Of a stretch of DNA of 37,193 bases, positions 9,849 to 22,496 are shown piece after piece. A program made the position numbers and the translations under genes. Numbering within the stretch: the stretch's first letter is position 1; each line of letters opens with the position of its first letter. The notes under the pieces were generated by a model. That model saw nothing but the letters and a program-made list of their open reading frames with translations. It was not told the origin of the DNA and did not search any database. Source of the stretch: Basidiobolus meristosporus CBS 931.73. Taxonomy: Eukaryota; Fungi; Basidiobolomycota. The DNA lies in contig MCFE01000774.1 of assembly GCA_002104905.1 (NCBI GenBank), positions 1-37,193 of the forward strand, in the 5' to 3' direction.

Positions 9849-11814
9849 ATGTCTGAATACAACCAGCAGCCTGGATATAGTATGCCAAGCCCAAACGTGC
9901 CTGGAGGCGGCGGGGGCTACGCAGGAAATGAAAGTAACGCTCCAGGGCAAAGCTCTGGGAACTACTACAGCAATCAACCTGGGTACGCCAGCAGCACCAA
10001 CGAACCTCCCTATGGTGGCTACACGGAACTTGGTCAAGGCTATTCAGGCAAGACTACACAGCCGGCTATTACACCCCATGTGCCCGGCCAGGGTGCAGGG
10101 GACTCGCAAACCGACAGAGAGGGCTTCCCTCCGCCCCCGCCTGGTGATCATGTCGGGCCATTCTTACGGTACTACGATGTGGATTTGAACTCCCAAGTAT
10201 GGTACGGAAGTGCCCTGTACATTACCCTAAACGACAATGGCTCCAGGATACCCGTGATGAACCTCATAGACGGCTCTAACAACTTTCAGATTCCTGGAGA
10301 GAAGCTGTATACGTATAATAATAACATCTTCTGGCGCTTCGATTTGCGCGTTCGTGTTGACCAGCAAGAAAAGTTTGTAACATATTCCATCGACGATAAG
10401 ACACCCTACAAATTCGCTATAGCTGGTTTCCACCAGCAATGGCGCATGGCATTTTGGAGTTGCAACGGATTCTCGGCGAATGTAAAAGACCCCGAAGGCG
10501 AGCTTGGTGGCAAGGATCCCCTGTGGAGAGACCTGATGAGTCAGCATGCTGCCAAGCCATACCACGTAATGATCGGTGGCGGTGACCAGCTTTATTGCGA
10601 TGCGGTGTTCCCTACGATTAGCGAGCTTGTGGGCTGGTTGAGTATCTCGAATCGCAATACTCGGGATATGGCACCGTGGACCTCCTCGATGGCGTCTGAG
10701 GTGGAACGTTTTTATTTCAACAACTATTGCGAGAACTTCAACACTGGCATATACAAGGAAGCTCAGGCTTGTATTCCCTCCATCAACATCGTTGATGACC
10801 ATGATATATTCGATGGTTATGGCTCCTATCCCGATTCACTGCAAAACTCTCCAGTCATCCAAGGTAATCTGCGTAGATGGAACCCCCTTTGGTGCAACCC
10901 ACCTAACTCCACTTCCCTCCTCAGGTATCGGAAAAATCGCCATCGACTATTTCTTGATGTTCCAGCATCATACCACCCGGGAGCTTGCTTTTCAGCACGG
11001 CTACTTTGGCAACCGGAGTTTCCAAATGTTCAAGCACTTCGGCCCTACAATGTGCTTTCTGGGGCTTGACACTCGCTCAGAGCGTTTGAAGCATCAGGTC
11101 ATATCCCAAGTAACTTGGAACATGATCTTCGACGTGCTCAACACCCAAATTCCCGCCAGCTGTGAGCACCTTTTAGTAGGGTTCGGAGTGCCCATCGTAT
11201 ATCCACGATTAACCATTGCTGAAAATACTCTACAAGGAATCTCCTCATCATCACTGTTCCAAAAAACTGGCGCTTTTCCACAGGTTCTGAACGCCTTTGG
11301 AGAGCCAGAGTTGCTGGATGACTTGACTGACCATTGGACCGCCGAGCCACATATGCTGGAGCGCCAATTATTTGTTCAGCGCCTGCAAGAAGTAGCCAGA
11401 AGCAAGAACGTGCGCGTGACCTTCTTGGCGGGCGATGTTCACGCAGGCGCCGCTGGATACTTCGCTTCCAAGGGCAAAAGCGTTGATCCAGGCCGTGATC
11501 ATCGCTACATGGTTCAGATTATTTCATCAGCGATCGTCAATATCCCTCCGCCTGACATGGTCATACGCGTGTTGCACGTCTCCTCGTCAACCTACAAACT
11601 GGACGAAAACACCGAGGAGCAAATGTTCGAACTATTCACTCAGGACGTAAACGGGAAATCACGGATACTGAAGAAGATTCTCAACCGTCGAAACTGGTGC
11701 TCCATCGATCCCACCGACTCGCGCGACATAAGATTCACGTTGTTCCTCGAAAAGGAGGACCACAGTGGCACGGTGGCCTACGCTGTCAACGTACCTAGGC
11801 TCTATTCGGCTTGA
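9849..11814 (+). CDS. PhoD-like (alkaline phosphatase D family) metallophosphoesterase, 2 exons (9849-10863, 10925-11814), with a disordered P/G/Y/Q-rich N-terminus
   Basis: Motifs WSCNGFS, GGGDQLYCD, DDHDIFDGYGSY, LDTRSER, DDLTDHW, FLAGDVHAG, QIISSAIVN. A 61-nt intron (GTAATC...CCTAAC...CTCAG, 10864-10924) joins the two track ORFs in frame (VIQ-GIGKIA). Confidence 0.9.
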
Positions 11815-12164
11815 GTCTCGTGCCACAAGTAGGCTCTGGCTGTACACAACGCGCCACCCGTGTTGGCCAAGTAGTACAGCGTATCCTCGAACATTATTGC
11901 CTCTGTTGGCCCCAGCGACTATCCAAATAGCGTTGGTATATCAAGCCAGTTAAATATATAAACGTATCATGTTGGGTGCCCATGCACCTCCATCAAGCAA
12001 CCTTTGAGACCTCACAACCCCATGTGCATTGAAGTGCGCATGGCCTCCAACCCCAAGCTGATCCAGATTTCAGGAATTTATTTTCAATTCGCGCAATAAA
12101 CAGATGTATGCTTGTCTAAATTACATAAAGAACGGTGATAATATGAATGGACTAATATTGGGGG

Positions 12165-13849
12165 CTAGCGGATTTTACGGGTGTTGGACCGATACTTCGA
12201 GATCTGGCCCCGGAACTCGAACGGCAAGAGCGGCTCTCTGGTACGAATTCCGATACCGCCGGGGGAATACACCTTCAGTCTGGCACGGTCGAACAGGCCG
12301 GTGATCGAGAACCACCCAACACTAGTGAGGACAATGTCCATGGTAGCCATTGTGCGGTGAGACCCAGATAATGTAAACTCGGCGCCCTCGACCAATCTTG
12401 GGAATCGCTTGAGCCTTTCTGCGTCTCCAATGGGTGGGCAAAGAATGGTGCTCTCGCCGCTTGCTAATCGATCGCACAGTATGTCTGCTTTCTCGATCTT
12501 GGTGAAGTGGGGGAGAACCTGGCTAAAGACAGTGACGAGAATCTCATCCTGACCTTCGGTGTAGTCAAGGCGTCCAAGGCCACCAAGCAGCAGCGATCTG
12601 CCTAAAATACGGGTGAGTAAGCTTAGCGCGTGGATACATGGAGTAAGCAATTACCTGGTGTCATCATAAATGTCTCAGGCTTCATTGGCTTGTTCGGGAT
12701 GACATAGCGCAACTCGCTGTGGTTCAAAAAGTGGATTAACTGCTCTTTGTTCAGAATACCTGGCGTATCGTAGAGAAACTGCTTGGGGTTGTCTATTTCA
12801 TTGTGCTCCAGCTTCCCAAAAGCGTGGCCGAACCGCTGCAAGGGGATTCCGAGCATTCCTATGGTGGTTCCGGGGAGCAGTGAGGAGGTGACTTTGTTCT
12901 TCTTGTGTATGCGCCCTTTGCATACTCGCATCAGACTATTGATTATCTCTGATTTGCCCACGTTCGTGCAGCCCACCAGGTAAACGTCGTCTTGCGGGTC
13001 GCGAAGGTTGGCGATAGTGTTCGCCAGCTCTCGGATGCCATGGTTCTTTTTGGCACTGACTAGATGGACGCTGGAGACATTTGTCAAGCCCATAGACTTG
13101 GATCGTCTGCGAAGCCAGTCGATGACTCGGTTACGATTAACGTCCCCGGGGAGCAGATCGATCTTATTAGCAACAAGGATTACATGCTTGACATTAGAGG
13201 TGAAATCCTCCAAGTCTTCCAGGAAGGAGCCCGGGAAATCGAAAATATCAAACACTTTGACCACTATGGCGTTATGCTTCTTCTTGAGAAACCTCAGGTA
13301 GGATCTGTCGGTAACCGCGTTTTCTCCCCAAATAGCAGGCTCCTTGTTATAGTGAACAATGTTAAAGCAGCGTTGACACAAAGTTCGTGTAATCGATGGT
13401 TCGTCAGATTTCGGCAACTGGGGGGAAGCAGGACTCATTAAGGCCGCGGGGCCGAGGAACTCCTTCTTGAGATCATCGTCCAGCTCTTCGATAACTCTCT
13501 GGAAATCTTCAGAGCTCAAGTGTTTCTCGCGTTTCTTTTTCGTTTGAACCACTCCTGACCCGGTAAAATTCGGTAAGAATCCCGGTTTGGAGGGGTTTTC
13601 TTTTTGGAACTCTGCACCACAGCCGGGACATTGCTTCTCAGTAACGATTGTCTGAAGCTGATTGGTTGTGACTACGGGTACTTGCTTTTGAATGGTTCCT
13701 AGGTTTCTCCTTGGCACAGTAGCGGCGAAGGCGAAGCGGTGCGCAAACAAAGAGGAGCAGGTGCGTGACAATGGTACGCCCGCTCGCCTTAGGTGAGGGT
13801 TTCGGCAAGAGGCTGCTTGAACTGTCCTTACAATATTTCTGCCCAACAT
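12165..13849 (-). CDS. GEP3: Mitochondrial circularly permuted GTPase (YqeH/NOA1/Gep3 family), 2 exons (13849-12655, 12601-12165)
   Basis: Arg/Ser-rich presequence; Zn-finger CPGCG...CQRC; G4 NKID, G5 SAKK, G1 GCTNVGKS, G2 PGTT, G3 DTPG in permuted order. A 53-nt intron GTAATT...TTTTAG gives TPG-RSLLLGGLGRLD. Confidence 0.92.
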
Positions 13850-14223
13850 ATTCTATATCAGCGTCGCAGACGTCAAGGTGGAGTCACAGACAATCCTCGT
13901 AAATCGAAAGAAATTTTCTATCACTTTTCCGCAGAATTGGAAATTCTTTTTATCTCGGCTTAGTTTGGATTCAATTGCCAGCCAAATCATCTCCGATCCA
14001 CACACTAATTAACATTGCCATCGATTCAAATGGAAAATTGTTGGACGCCATAGGCCAAGAAAATTCTCAAAAACCTAGCATGTAATGACATCACAGGAAA
14101 ACTTTGCTTAGTCCTTAGCATAAGGCCCGAATTGAACATCAGGAGGCTACTAGAGCTAGTCAACGAAAACCTTAAGCCCCACGTTACTTCAGCCAAATTC
14201 TCATCGGGGGTATTCTTACCAAG
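13850..14223. promoter_or_regulatory. Divergent (bidirectional) promoter region shared by two predicted mitochondrial genes
   Basis: 374-bp gap between head-to-head start codons at 13849 (-) and 14224 (+). Confidence 0.6.
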
Positions 14224-15581
14224 ATGTTTGCTAGACTTATATCTCATGCTTCCCGCACTACCAATCCGACTTCGAATTTCGTCGGTTTTTCACGGGCCGG
14301 CTCCAAAAACTTCACCACCCTGGGGGCCTCTATGCTCACCAAACGTTTCGAACAAAAGAGCGTTGTCAGGCCCAATTGGGCCACCAGGCGTAGTCTGATT
14401 TCAGTACGTCAAACCGCCCACCCAACTCCCCGTCTGAGCCCTTTTGTCAAAAAATGGTTTGTTTATTTGCCGCTTGACACCTTAAAGGTTATCATTCTCG
14501 GTGGTACTTCGATATTCCTAACCGGGTATGTGGTATGGAAAGGAACGCATATATACATCGAGCATTATGCTCATCCTACTAGCCCAAACCTGAATGAGAC
14601 TGCTCGAAAACTCCTTAGAGGGGCATATGTTCGTGAAGAGGTTGCCCCTGATCCATATATCGCTGTCACTTATCTCAACACCGCCCTGAAGATTGCAAGT
14701 GAAGACCAGAACCTACCTGATAATTCTCCCGAAGTGACAAACATCCTGGTCCGCCTTGGAAGAGCGCTACACAAGGCATTCTTGTGGGACGAGGCTATTG
14801 AGACGTACGAAAGGGCGTGGAAGGCCGCTGACAGCCCTGAAACTCAAGAATTGCGTATAAGACTTTCAAGATACCTTGGAGATATTCACATGAGATTGGG
14901 TAATTACCAAGAGGCGGAAAAGTATCTTGTTTTAGGGATCCAAATGTCCAAAGAATTACGCGAGAAGAACTCCAAGCTGAGCAACACCCCACAAGTTCCT
15001 GGTCCTCAAGAGCTTGGCATCATGGTTGCTATGGCAAATATGTACGCTTTGCAGCAGAATTACGAATACGCACTGCCACTGTATGTTGGGGTTCTTCGCA
15101 AGATCAAGGAATACAAAGAGGCGCAAAAGCTCGACACCAGTATGCCGATCAAGGGTTCTAAAGAGGAGGATGTGACTTGCCTGGACGCTATTGTTATGGG
15201 CCATCTAGCCGAAGTGTTCTATGGCATGAAGAAAAATGAGGAGGCCATTTCATGGGCCAAGAACGCCCTGAAACTGGCTAAAAAAGGCGTTAGCGTGAAA
15301 GAATGCGAAGAGTGCGCTAGCGTTGTTAGTCATAATCTGGGCTTGATTTACGAGGTAAGTGAGCGTGTTCTAATGGCAACGATGGATGTTGGGAAGCTGA
15401 CTCTTTATTCATGAACCAGATCAAGGATGACAAGGAACAAGCCTTTTCCTATTTTGTTCAAGCAGTCTCACATGCTACCACTGCCCGAGACAAAAATAGT
15501 GCCATGCGGTATCGTAGAGATCTTAATCGCTTGGAGCAGGAGCTTGCAGCCTTGGAATCCGAAGACTCGGAGTCCAACTGA
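14224..15581 (+). CDS. Mitochondrial inner-membrane TPR protein, probably Mgr3-like (i-AAA protease adaptor); 2 exons (14224-15354, 15420-15581)
   Basis: Basic presequence MFARLISHASR..., one TM segment (VIILGGTSIFLTGYVVW), then TPR-like helices (ILVRLGRALHKAFLWDEAIETYERA; LGDIHMRLGNYQEAEKYL; SHNLGLIYE). Intron GTAAGT(15355)...CCAG(15419); exon 2 is 54 codons ending TGA at 15581. Confidence 0.78.
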
Positions 15582-16618
15582 TACGACTAATGTAGCTCAT
15601 CAGGTACCGAGTTCACTATTTAGTAAGCGTCATTCATCATTGTTTTTCTATCATTTTGAGCATCACTTATGATCTGTATCATTCAAGAACACATTAAAGC
15701 AGCACCCAACATTGAGATTATGAGAGCCAGTTGCAAGCGGGAAAACTGCTGTTCGAAAGGTGTGTAACGGGGCTTGGGCAACGATGCGCTGCGCAGCGGA
15801 GTAAGCATCACTCGTGTTTGAAAGTCGGGTTGTTCGCTGCACCTGGGCTTACCAAAATCGAACCACTGATACTGGGATTAAATGAAAGCCTTACCTGCAG
15901 CTAGCCCACAATGGTTACCCAATAGTTAGATCAGTCACCATAAGATAACGCCTGTTATCCCCATACTCCCGAAACGACTAGGTGTTCCAAGCTGTTGTCA
16001 GAGTGAACACTCGAGCATCGTTGATTGATACGTAGAGTTTACATGGGGGATCAGGTTTGCGTATGACAGTGGAGGTTCAGAAGTCAGTTGCACAAGCTCA
16101 CGAATTGATTCGAGTGTTTTTTTCGATGCGGTGTGTGGTTTGCCACTAGCTGGATGGCGGTCAAAAATAGCAACGCGGTTTACATTGGGAAATAGGTATT
16201 TACACCAGATTATTGACAAGCAATGCCTTCCCTGGATTCAGATAAAATCATCTAATTGATCCGCCCTGTATTTTCCACCAATTTGAGCCAATGATTCTAT
16301 CGAAAGTTTCCTTTGTTGGCCATTCCGCTTTGATAGTCACATCAAGAATCACCAAATGCTTTTCATCCATTATAAATGGTGTTGAGAATTTTTGCATACC
16401 TGTTTCTGTATTATTTCGCCGGGTCTCGAAATAATTTGTTTGTCGCCCGTTAGATATACAGAAGCTCCGGTAAGACCAAGTGTTGTATCTGCCTGACTTA
16501 GGGAAAGAGCCGTTTGTCGCGGGCAGATTATTTGGCGTTTACGCGCATACATGTTTCAACGTCTCGATCTTAATCATTTGTAATACAATAGTGTTCCTTC
16601 GTCACAAAGTCTTCTACA

Positions 16619-18443
16619 ATGAAAAGACACAACAAAAAAGCTGAATTGCACAAACTCATACAAAGAAAGAAGCGAAAATTGTTGGAGAAAGATCGCTTAA
16701 TACAAATGGAACTCGAGCTGAGGCTGAGACGGAAAAAAAAGTTGCGACTTCTGGTAACTATTGTCTCAACCTTTCAACTTCCCCAAATCGGTGATAACCA
16801 AACCAATGGATTGTACGATCTTGTTTCCTCTCAAGTAGCTCAACCGCTTAAAAACCACCAATCTGTTCTTGACGGTCAAAGATATTCCAAGGGGTATAGT
16901 ATCGCTTATTGCTTCAAGCTTTTTACCGAAACTTCCCTTCCAGGGCGAATGGGCTCAACTTTTTTGAATCTCTTTTAGAGACTCGTGGACCTACACATGA
17001 GAACCTAGAACGTGAGCCGTCTTCGTCTCTATCTATACTCGACATTTTCTAAACCCCAGATCATATCTGCTAGATCCTTACAAACAGCCCAAGCCCAACG
17101 TGATAACAAACGTAAATCATTATGCTCATGTCGGCTTCTCGAAAAAACAGTAGCTGACCATATGTACAGGGAGTTCCAAAAGCGCATGAGAGATCAAACA
17201 GCTGTGATACTCATAAAGCAACCCATATGGGGAAAGGCGCTAGAAGTGATTCAGTTGGGCTGGCCAAGGACGTACAAAGACTCTCTCTGTAAGTTGTCCT
17301 TCTACATATTGCGCACCAAATAGCGCTAATCCTATATTCTAGCAACGAGAAGAGCCCCATATTACCTGTAGCCAAGGTAGATTCGAAGCGCAATATTGTC
17401 TGTATAATTGATTCTGAGTGCCGATGTCCTAGATTTTGCAAAAATCACCCAACAAGAAAACGACCATCAAAGAGCCAGCCCCTCTAGGCCCCACTGCACT
17501 AAATAAGGTATGAGGCTCCCCAAGCACTGTTGCTTCGCGCAAGCTCTCTGAACGGAACACGCCATTTCTAGGTTGAAGAAATCCTGAATTCCAGATCAAG
17601 GGTTGTCGTCGAAGCATTCAACATTACAATTTGCAGAGAGGATATCTTTCGACTGCGAGATAAGCAATGGCTCAATGATGAGGTTCTTTACAGCACATCA
17701 TCTGAAGAATTCTCAAGTCGGTTCTAACCATAGCGCATAGATTATTAATTTCTATGGAACCCTTATTATGGAGCGTGCAAAGGCGCGGCCCGATCAATAT
17801 CCGTCAGTTCATGTTTTCAACACGTATTTCTACCCACTTCTATTGGAGAACGGATACTCCAAAGTTCAACGGTGGACGCGGAAAGTATGGAGCACACATT
17901 CCTCCTTGCCGATATCGGAACCGCATCTAACCTGCCATTTTAGGTGGATCTGTTTTCAAAGGATTTGGTAATTATCCCGGTTCATCTTGGTGTACATTGG
18001 TGCTGTGCCATCATCAACATGAAGTCCAAGCGGTTCGAGTATTACGACCCGCTGCTCTCAAGTAACCCCCGCTGTCTTAAGGTAGGTGGTCTGCGTTCAT
18101 GGATCAAAATTTATGATCCACTTAGTCATCCCACTCTCCTAGGCATTACGAAGCTATCTCCACGAAGAAGCAGAATCAAAGAAAGTGGATGTTGATCTTT
18201 CCGGATGGACGAATTATACCCCCAAGGTTGTTTCAATTCCAACGCTTGCTCCCTCTGTAGCCACTAATTTCTGTCACTTAGGACATCCCAAGACAAGAGA
18301 ACGGCTATGACTGTGGTGTATTTTCTTGCCAATATGCGGAATATGCCAGCCGAAACTCCCCCTTCCTGTTTAGCCAGCGGCACATGTCCCAGCTACGTAG
18401 ACAGATGATTTATGAGATAGCCAGCGCCAAGCTGGTGAACTAA
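16619..18443 (+). CDS. ULP1: Ulp1/SENP SUMO-specific cysteine protease (peptidase C48), multi-exon; 5' end uncertain
   Basis: Frame-consistent exons 17170-17288, 17343-17376, 17433-17507, 17572-17682, 17741-17884, 17944-18081, 18143-18226, 18282-18443 give [43 protein letters not shown] (catalytic His), YYDPL (Asp), QENGYDCGVF (Cys). The basic ORF at 16619 may be an upstream exon. Confidence 0.9.
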
Positions 18444-18849
18444 GATCTCACTTGGGCCTCACCTATATATGCTGTAATTGTATTCGGAATTTTTCGTTCT
18501 CAAGAATAGAATAGATCGAACGGGAAGTGAAGATGTATGATAATATTTATAATGATCCCAGTCTCACATTTCACCAAATCATCCCACAATCGGAATGACA
18601 AATCACATATCCACATCTCTAAGAAAACTACCTCTTGTAAGCATATACGAACGACCTAATGCCAGTAACGGAATAACCGCCATTAAACCAACCGAATAGA
18701 CACCTCTGTATGCATATATATTGATCTCCAGCGACATATAGCTGTACAATATCCAAAAGCTTCTCACGAATCTTCGACCAACCACCAACTCTGGCACTTT
18801 AAAGCACATTCAGCCTACAGCACCATACCATGCGGCAGCTTAGTTACGG

Positions 18850-21560
18850 TAGTAGGTATTCTTAGCAACTGTTGTGCTCCGCTGGGGTGGCCTGCATTGA
18901 ATGGCCTTTATTGGTCGATTTTTGACGCTACCAGCGCCTGTATAATGTGATTGCGAGGATTGCAACCTTTGTTAATGATACCCGAGGTTCCCGAAATGCA
19001 GGATTTGTGAGAGATATTTGCCGAGATTCATATTGCTATATCCAGGGTTTCTAATGAGGAAATGATGACCTTGACCCCTCCCTACAAGGAGGGAATCCAC
19101 CGGGATAGGTTTGGTTGGGTTAGTTTCTGTCTCCGGTATTTCCGGAACAGAGGAGTGCAGTGCTTGATCATCTATCAGCAAACAATCCACATGATGATCA
19201 GATCTTTCTGTGTAATTCAACACAATTCCCAGGGTAATGGGCTCAACGACACCATCTATGAAACACCACTTTACTTTAGACTAGGCCGACGCATCAATAA
19301 CGGATAGATCTTGCTTTGCCGACAATTGCCCTCCAATAAACCCACAAACCCGCCCAAGGAAAGGAATGTTTGATCAATCCACTCATACTTGATCGAGATG
19401 TCTTATCCCCTTTCCATTCTGAGCGGTTTCAGTTTCACCCCCATTCCATTCTGAAACCCAAACCTAAGCATGATCCATTGGTTTCTCTAATGGTGGCCGA
19501 TATGTTTGCCATGAAGCAGTGCACCAAACTCGCTGCGTTTTGGATTATAGAGAGATTGGTACTGAGACATTCCGGAGGGAGGCTTTGGTTACAGTAAATA
19601 GTGAAAATCACAAGATTAAGCTTAACGCCACAGGAGCGGAACATCGCTTCCATATGCTTACTACATTTACATATGTAATCTGATACCTTGCGGCCAACCC
19701 CTTAATCATTTTCGCACGGTCCGCACTAGCTTGAAAGGGATCGCAGGCAAGTCACTCTAAGCAGTTTCGCTCGAGCAATCCCAAGTGCGGTGGGTATCGG
19801 AGCTACCGAGTGTAGGAAGATGTTTATAAAACAGTTCATTTCTCGCTATTTAGAGCGCCTCTCAACGAGATAAATCGGGCTTGATCCTGATAGAAACACG
19901 AAGATCTTAATAATAACGTGGGAGATTTGGGTTTGATTGCAGCGGGTGGTTGCCATGAATCCATCGCTAAGCTGGCAGTGAGCAAGAGAATAGCAGGAGT
20001 AGTGGCAACACATCCCATTCACCTGTGACCTCAGTACATCCTCTAATCAGTTGATCTTGAGGCTCCAACGCGGAACACGGATAATCGTGAGAAAGTTCGA
20101 ATCTATCAGCCTTCTGTGTATCCGTTGGGAAGATAAATTACCCGTGTTTCACAGATTCGAATTCAAGACCGGCTCACTCTTATGGTTGTGGTAAATAGTA
20201 CCATTTGCTACACCAAGCATGCCCGTGTAGGATATTAAATTGTTATGCTGACACTGCCAATCCACCATAGCAAGAAACCCAATCCCTTATGGTCCAGAGA
20301 AGACTTAATCAGGGTCCATATGCGGAGCACAAGTATTGATAGGGAAGTCTTCAGCATACATTGCTGGCACCAACGTTGGACCCAGTGTGTGTATATTTGG
20401 ACTAAGCTAAGGGTACAAGATAACGTGGGGTTTGTGCATTCTGAAGGATTGATGCGCTCTATCCCTCTGGCTGAGCCGACAGTGCGCCAACACTAGGCTG
20501 CTCACAAAGCCCACAATGTCTGTCAACCAGAACTAATAGCACCCATAGTTCCACCCAGGTGATTGCCAAGTATACACGGAAACCACCTTGATACCAAATG
20601 TAACCCAGCCGATTACAGCAAATCTCGTCCGGATCTGTAGAAATCGATTTTCCATTAATTAAAATGAGCGATCTAATGTGTGTGTTCAAAGGGTCACATG
20701 CTGAAGCAAATTTAGTGAATGATAGAGAATTCCAAATAACCCAAACCTCCCGCACCTCACCTAAATATAGCTATTGTCCAGTCCAGCAAGACTCATAGGC
20801 CATCCGAACCGGCCACGGTCACAAGTAGGGTGCAGGTTTGTTGATTCAGCAAGTGGCAAACCTAAACTCATATTCTTGGTGTGACATGCCAATCCCATGA
20901 CAAGGTTGTTCGCACAGATAAGGAAAGGCAGTAAGTTATCAATCTATGCCTCACCTTCGATCTGAATTCTTCCTGCATGTGCGAGGTAACCAGCTGATGC
21001 TTCGCATTATCCGCAATCGAGGAAATACTCCCCAGAAGCCTAAGAGCTAGGATGCAGTGGCATCCAAATGGATAGTTCCCATTTATGGAGAGCACTCCGT
21101 CACTGGCATATTGGAAATCAGTCTTGGGAAGTGCCGAAACAGGTAGGATAGCCTCAAATGGAAGAAGCTTGTGAAGCGCCTTGAATGCAGAGCCATGGTT
21201 ACCGCATTTCTTGCTTGACAAGCCGGTAATGTCGCCCGAGGGTACACGCCGACAGGGTTAATAGAGCTAACATAGCGTCTGTGGAACCCAAACCACCAGT
21301 ATCAAGGAGGGAGAGCGGCCATGCGCGCACACTAATGAAAGAGGATGCTGGTTACCTCGCTACTATATCTGGGCTGAGGCATATCTTTGCTCAACCATCT
21401 ACATACATTCCACATTAGTGACCAATTCTTTCCCAAATTCACAAGCCTATGCACCGGCGGGCTGGTGAAAGGAAGGCGGTGGCCTGGAAAAATTATGACT
21501 CAGCTTGCGTCACAGCCTCAGGTGAGTCATCGGGTTTGGAACGGAATGCCATTGCTGAGC
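18850..21560 (-). other. Possible poorly conserved multi-exon gene (unresolved)
   Basis: Some frame-compatible minus-strand exon candidates with GT/AG signals near 21470-20955 (...LLDTGGLGSTDAMLALLTLSACTLGRHYRLVKQEMR-DGVLSINGNYPFGCHCILALRLLGSIS...EEFRSK, then donor GTGAGG). No recognisable domain and no complete model. Confidence 0.25.
21495..21530. promoter_or_regulatory. Cluster of Gcn4/AP-1-type response elements upstream of the bZIP gene
   Basis: ATGACTCA at 21495-21502, TGCGTCA (one mismatch) at 21506-21512, TGAGTCAT at 21523-21530. Confidence 0.55.
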
Positions 21561-21820
21561 GTTCTAGGATAATGTATTGTGAAAAAAATGGAGATGGGAC
21601 CATGATGCCGAGAGGTCATTGGACGCTTCGTTGAGACGGATGGGGTTCGTCAGTCAATGGGACGACATAAGCTGCTAAATGATCTGCTCGCTTTTGATGT
21701 CACTGTAGCCCCATTCCGCTACCCCCATCAGCAATACACCATTCCCCATTTGAATAACTCTCGACTATTCACGGTCGTAACACTATTGACGTAAGCTGTT
21801 TATGTCCCAGTGATCTTTAA

Positions 21821-21872
21821 CTAGATCATATTGAATTATACACTTTGGCTAGATCGTATTGTATTATACACT
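21821..21872. repeat. Imperfect 24-bp direct repeat (28-bp period)
   Basis: ctagatcatattgaattatacact (21821-21844) and ctagatcgtattgtattatacact (21849-21872); 2 mismatches. Confidence 0.85.
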
Positions 21873-22472
21873 CGCAGCAATTGAGACTCCGTCAAGTATC
21901 AGTCTAGCGGCTCAGATGATAATCACTCGGGAGCGTTAAGGGTTGGGCGACCTGGTGCTCGACCCATTTGTTTGGCGAATCAAAACTTGCTGGATTGAGG
22001 TAATGTTAATGATATAGTGATCCGCTGATACGAGCTGATATCATATCTTGTTTAGGCTCAATTAGCTTAGTACTAATTAAGGCCAGTCCAGATCCCTATG
22101 ATTTTGGCCGCGAGGATATGGCGTTACACAACATAAGTGAATCGGATGGTACTGTTGCTGCATATATAGTACTGAGCTATTCGAGAGATGCAGAGTACGG
22201 CTCAGCTCTAGCTGGATTGGTCATCAGCCAGGTCCCCGCAATAAATCTACGAACCCCAAATTTTGAGAGCTTCCAGTATATTATGCCTCATTGGAGACGC
22301 TCGCCGATTTTATTTGGAGTGACCAGTTTCCGTACCGTTTTTTGCAGCCACTTCCTGAGGCTATTTTGCATATTCTAGTATACATTTGCAAGGATCGCAC
22401 CCTTCAACAATCAAACGTACCAAACGTAGTAATTCCAGCGTACTGCTATACACAACAAGCCCAATACTTCAT

Positions 22473-22496
22473 ATGATATTTCGATATAACTTTTAA
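22473..22496 (+). promoter_or_regulatory. Short upstream ORF (MIFRYNF*) ending 59 nt before the bZIP start codon
   Basis: ATG ATA TTT CGA TAT AAC TTT TAA; it is the only ATG between ~22290 and the main ATG at 22556. Confidence 0.5.

Noticed and set aside
10227-10802. 191-aa antisense ORF
   Set aside because: Lies wholly within the PhoD exon; shadow frame.
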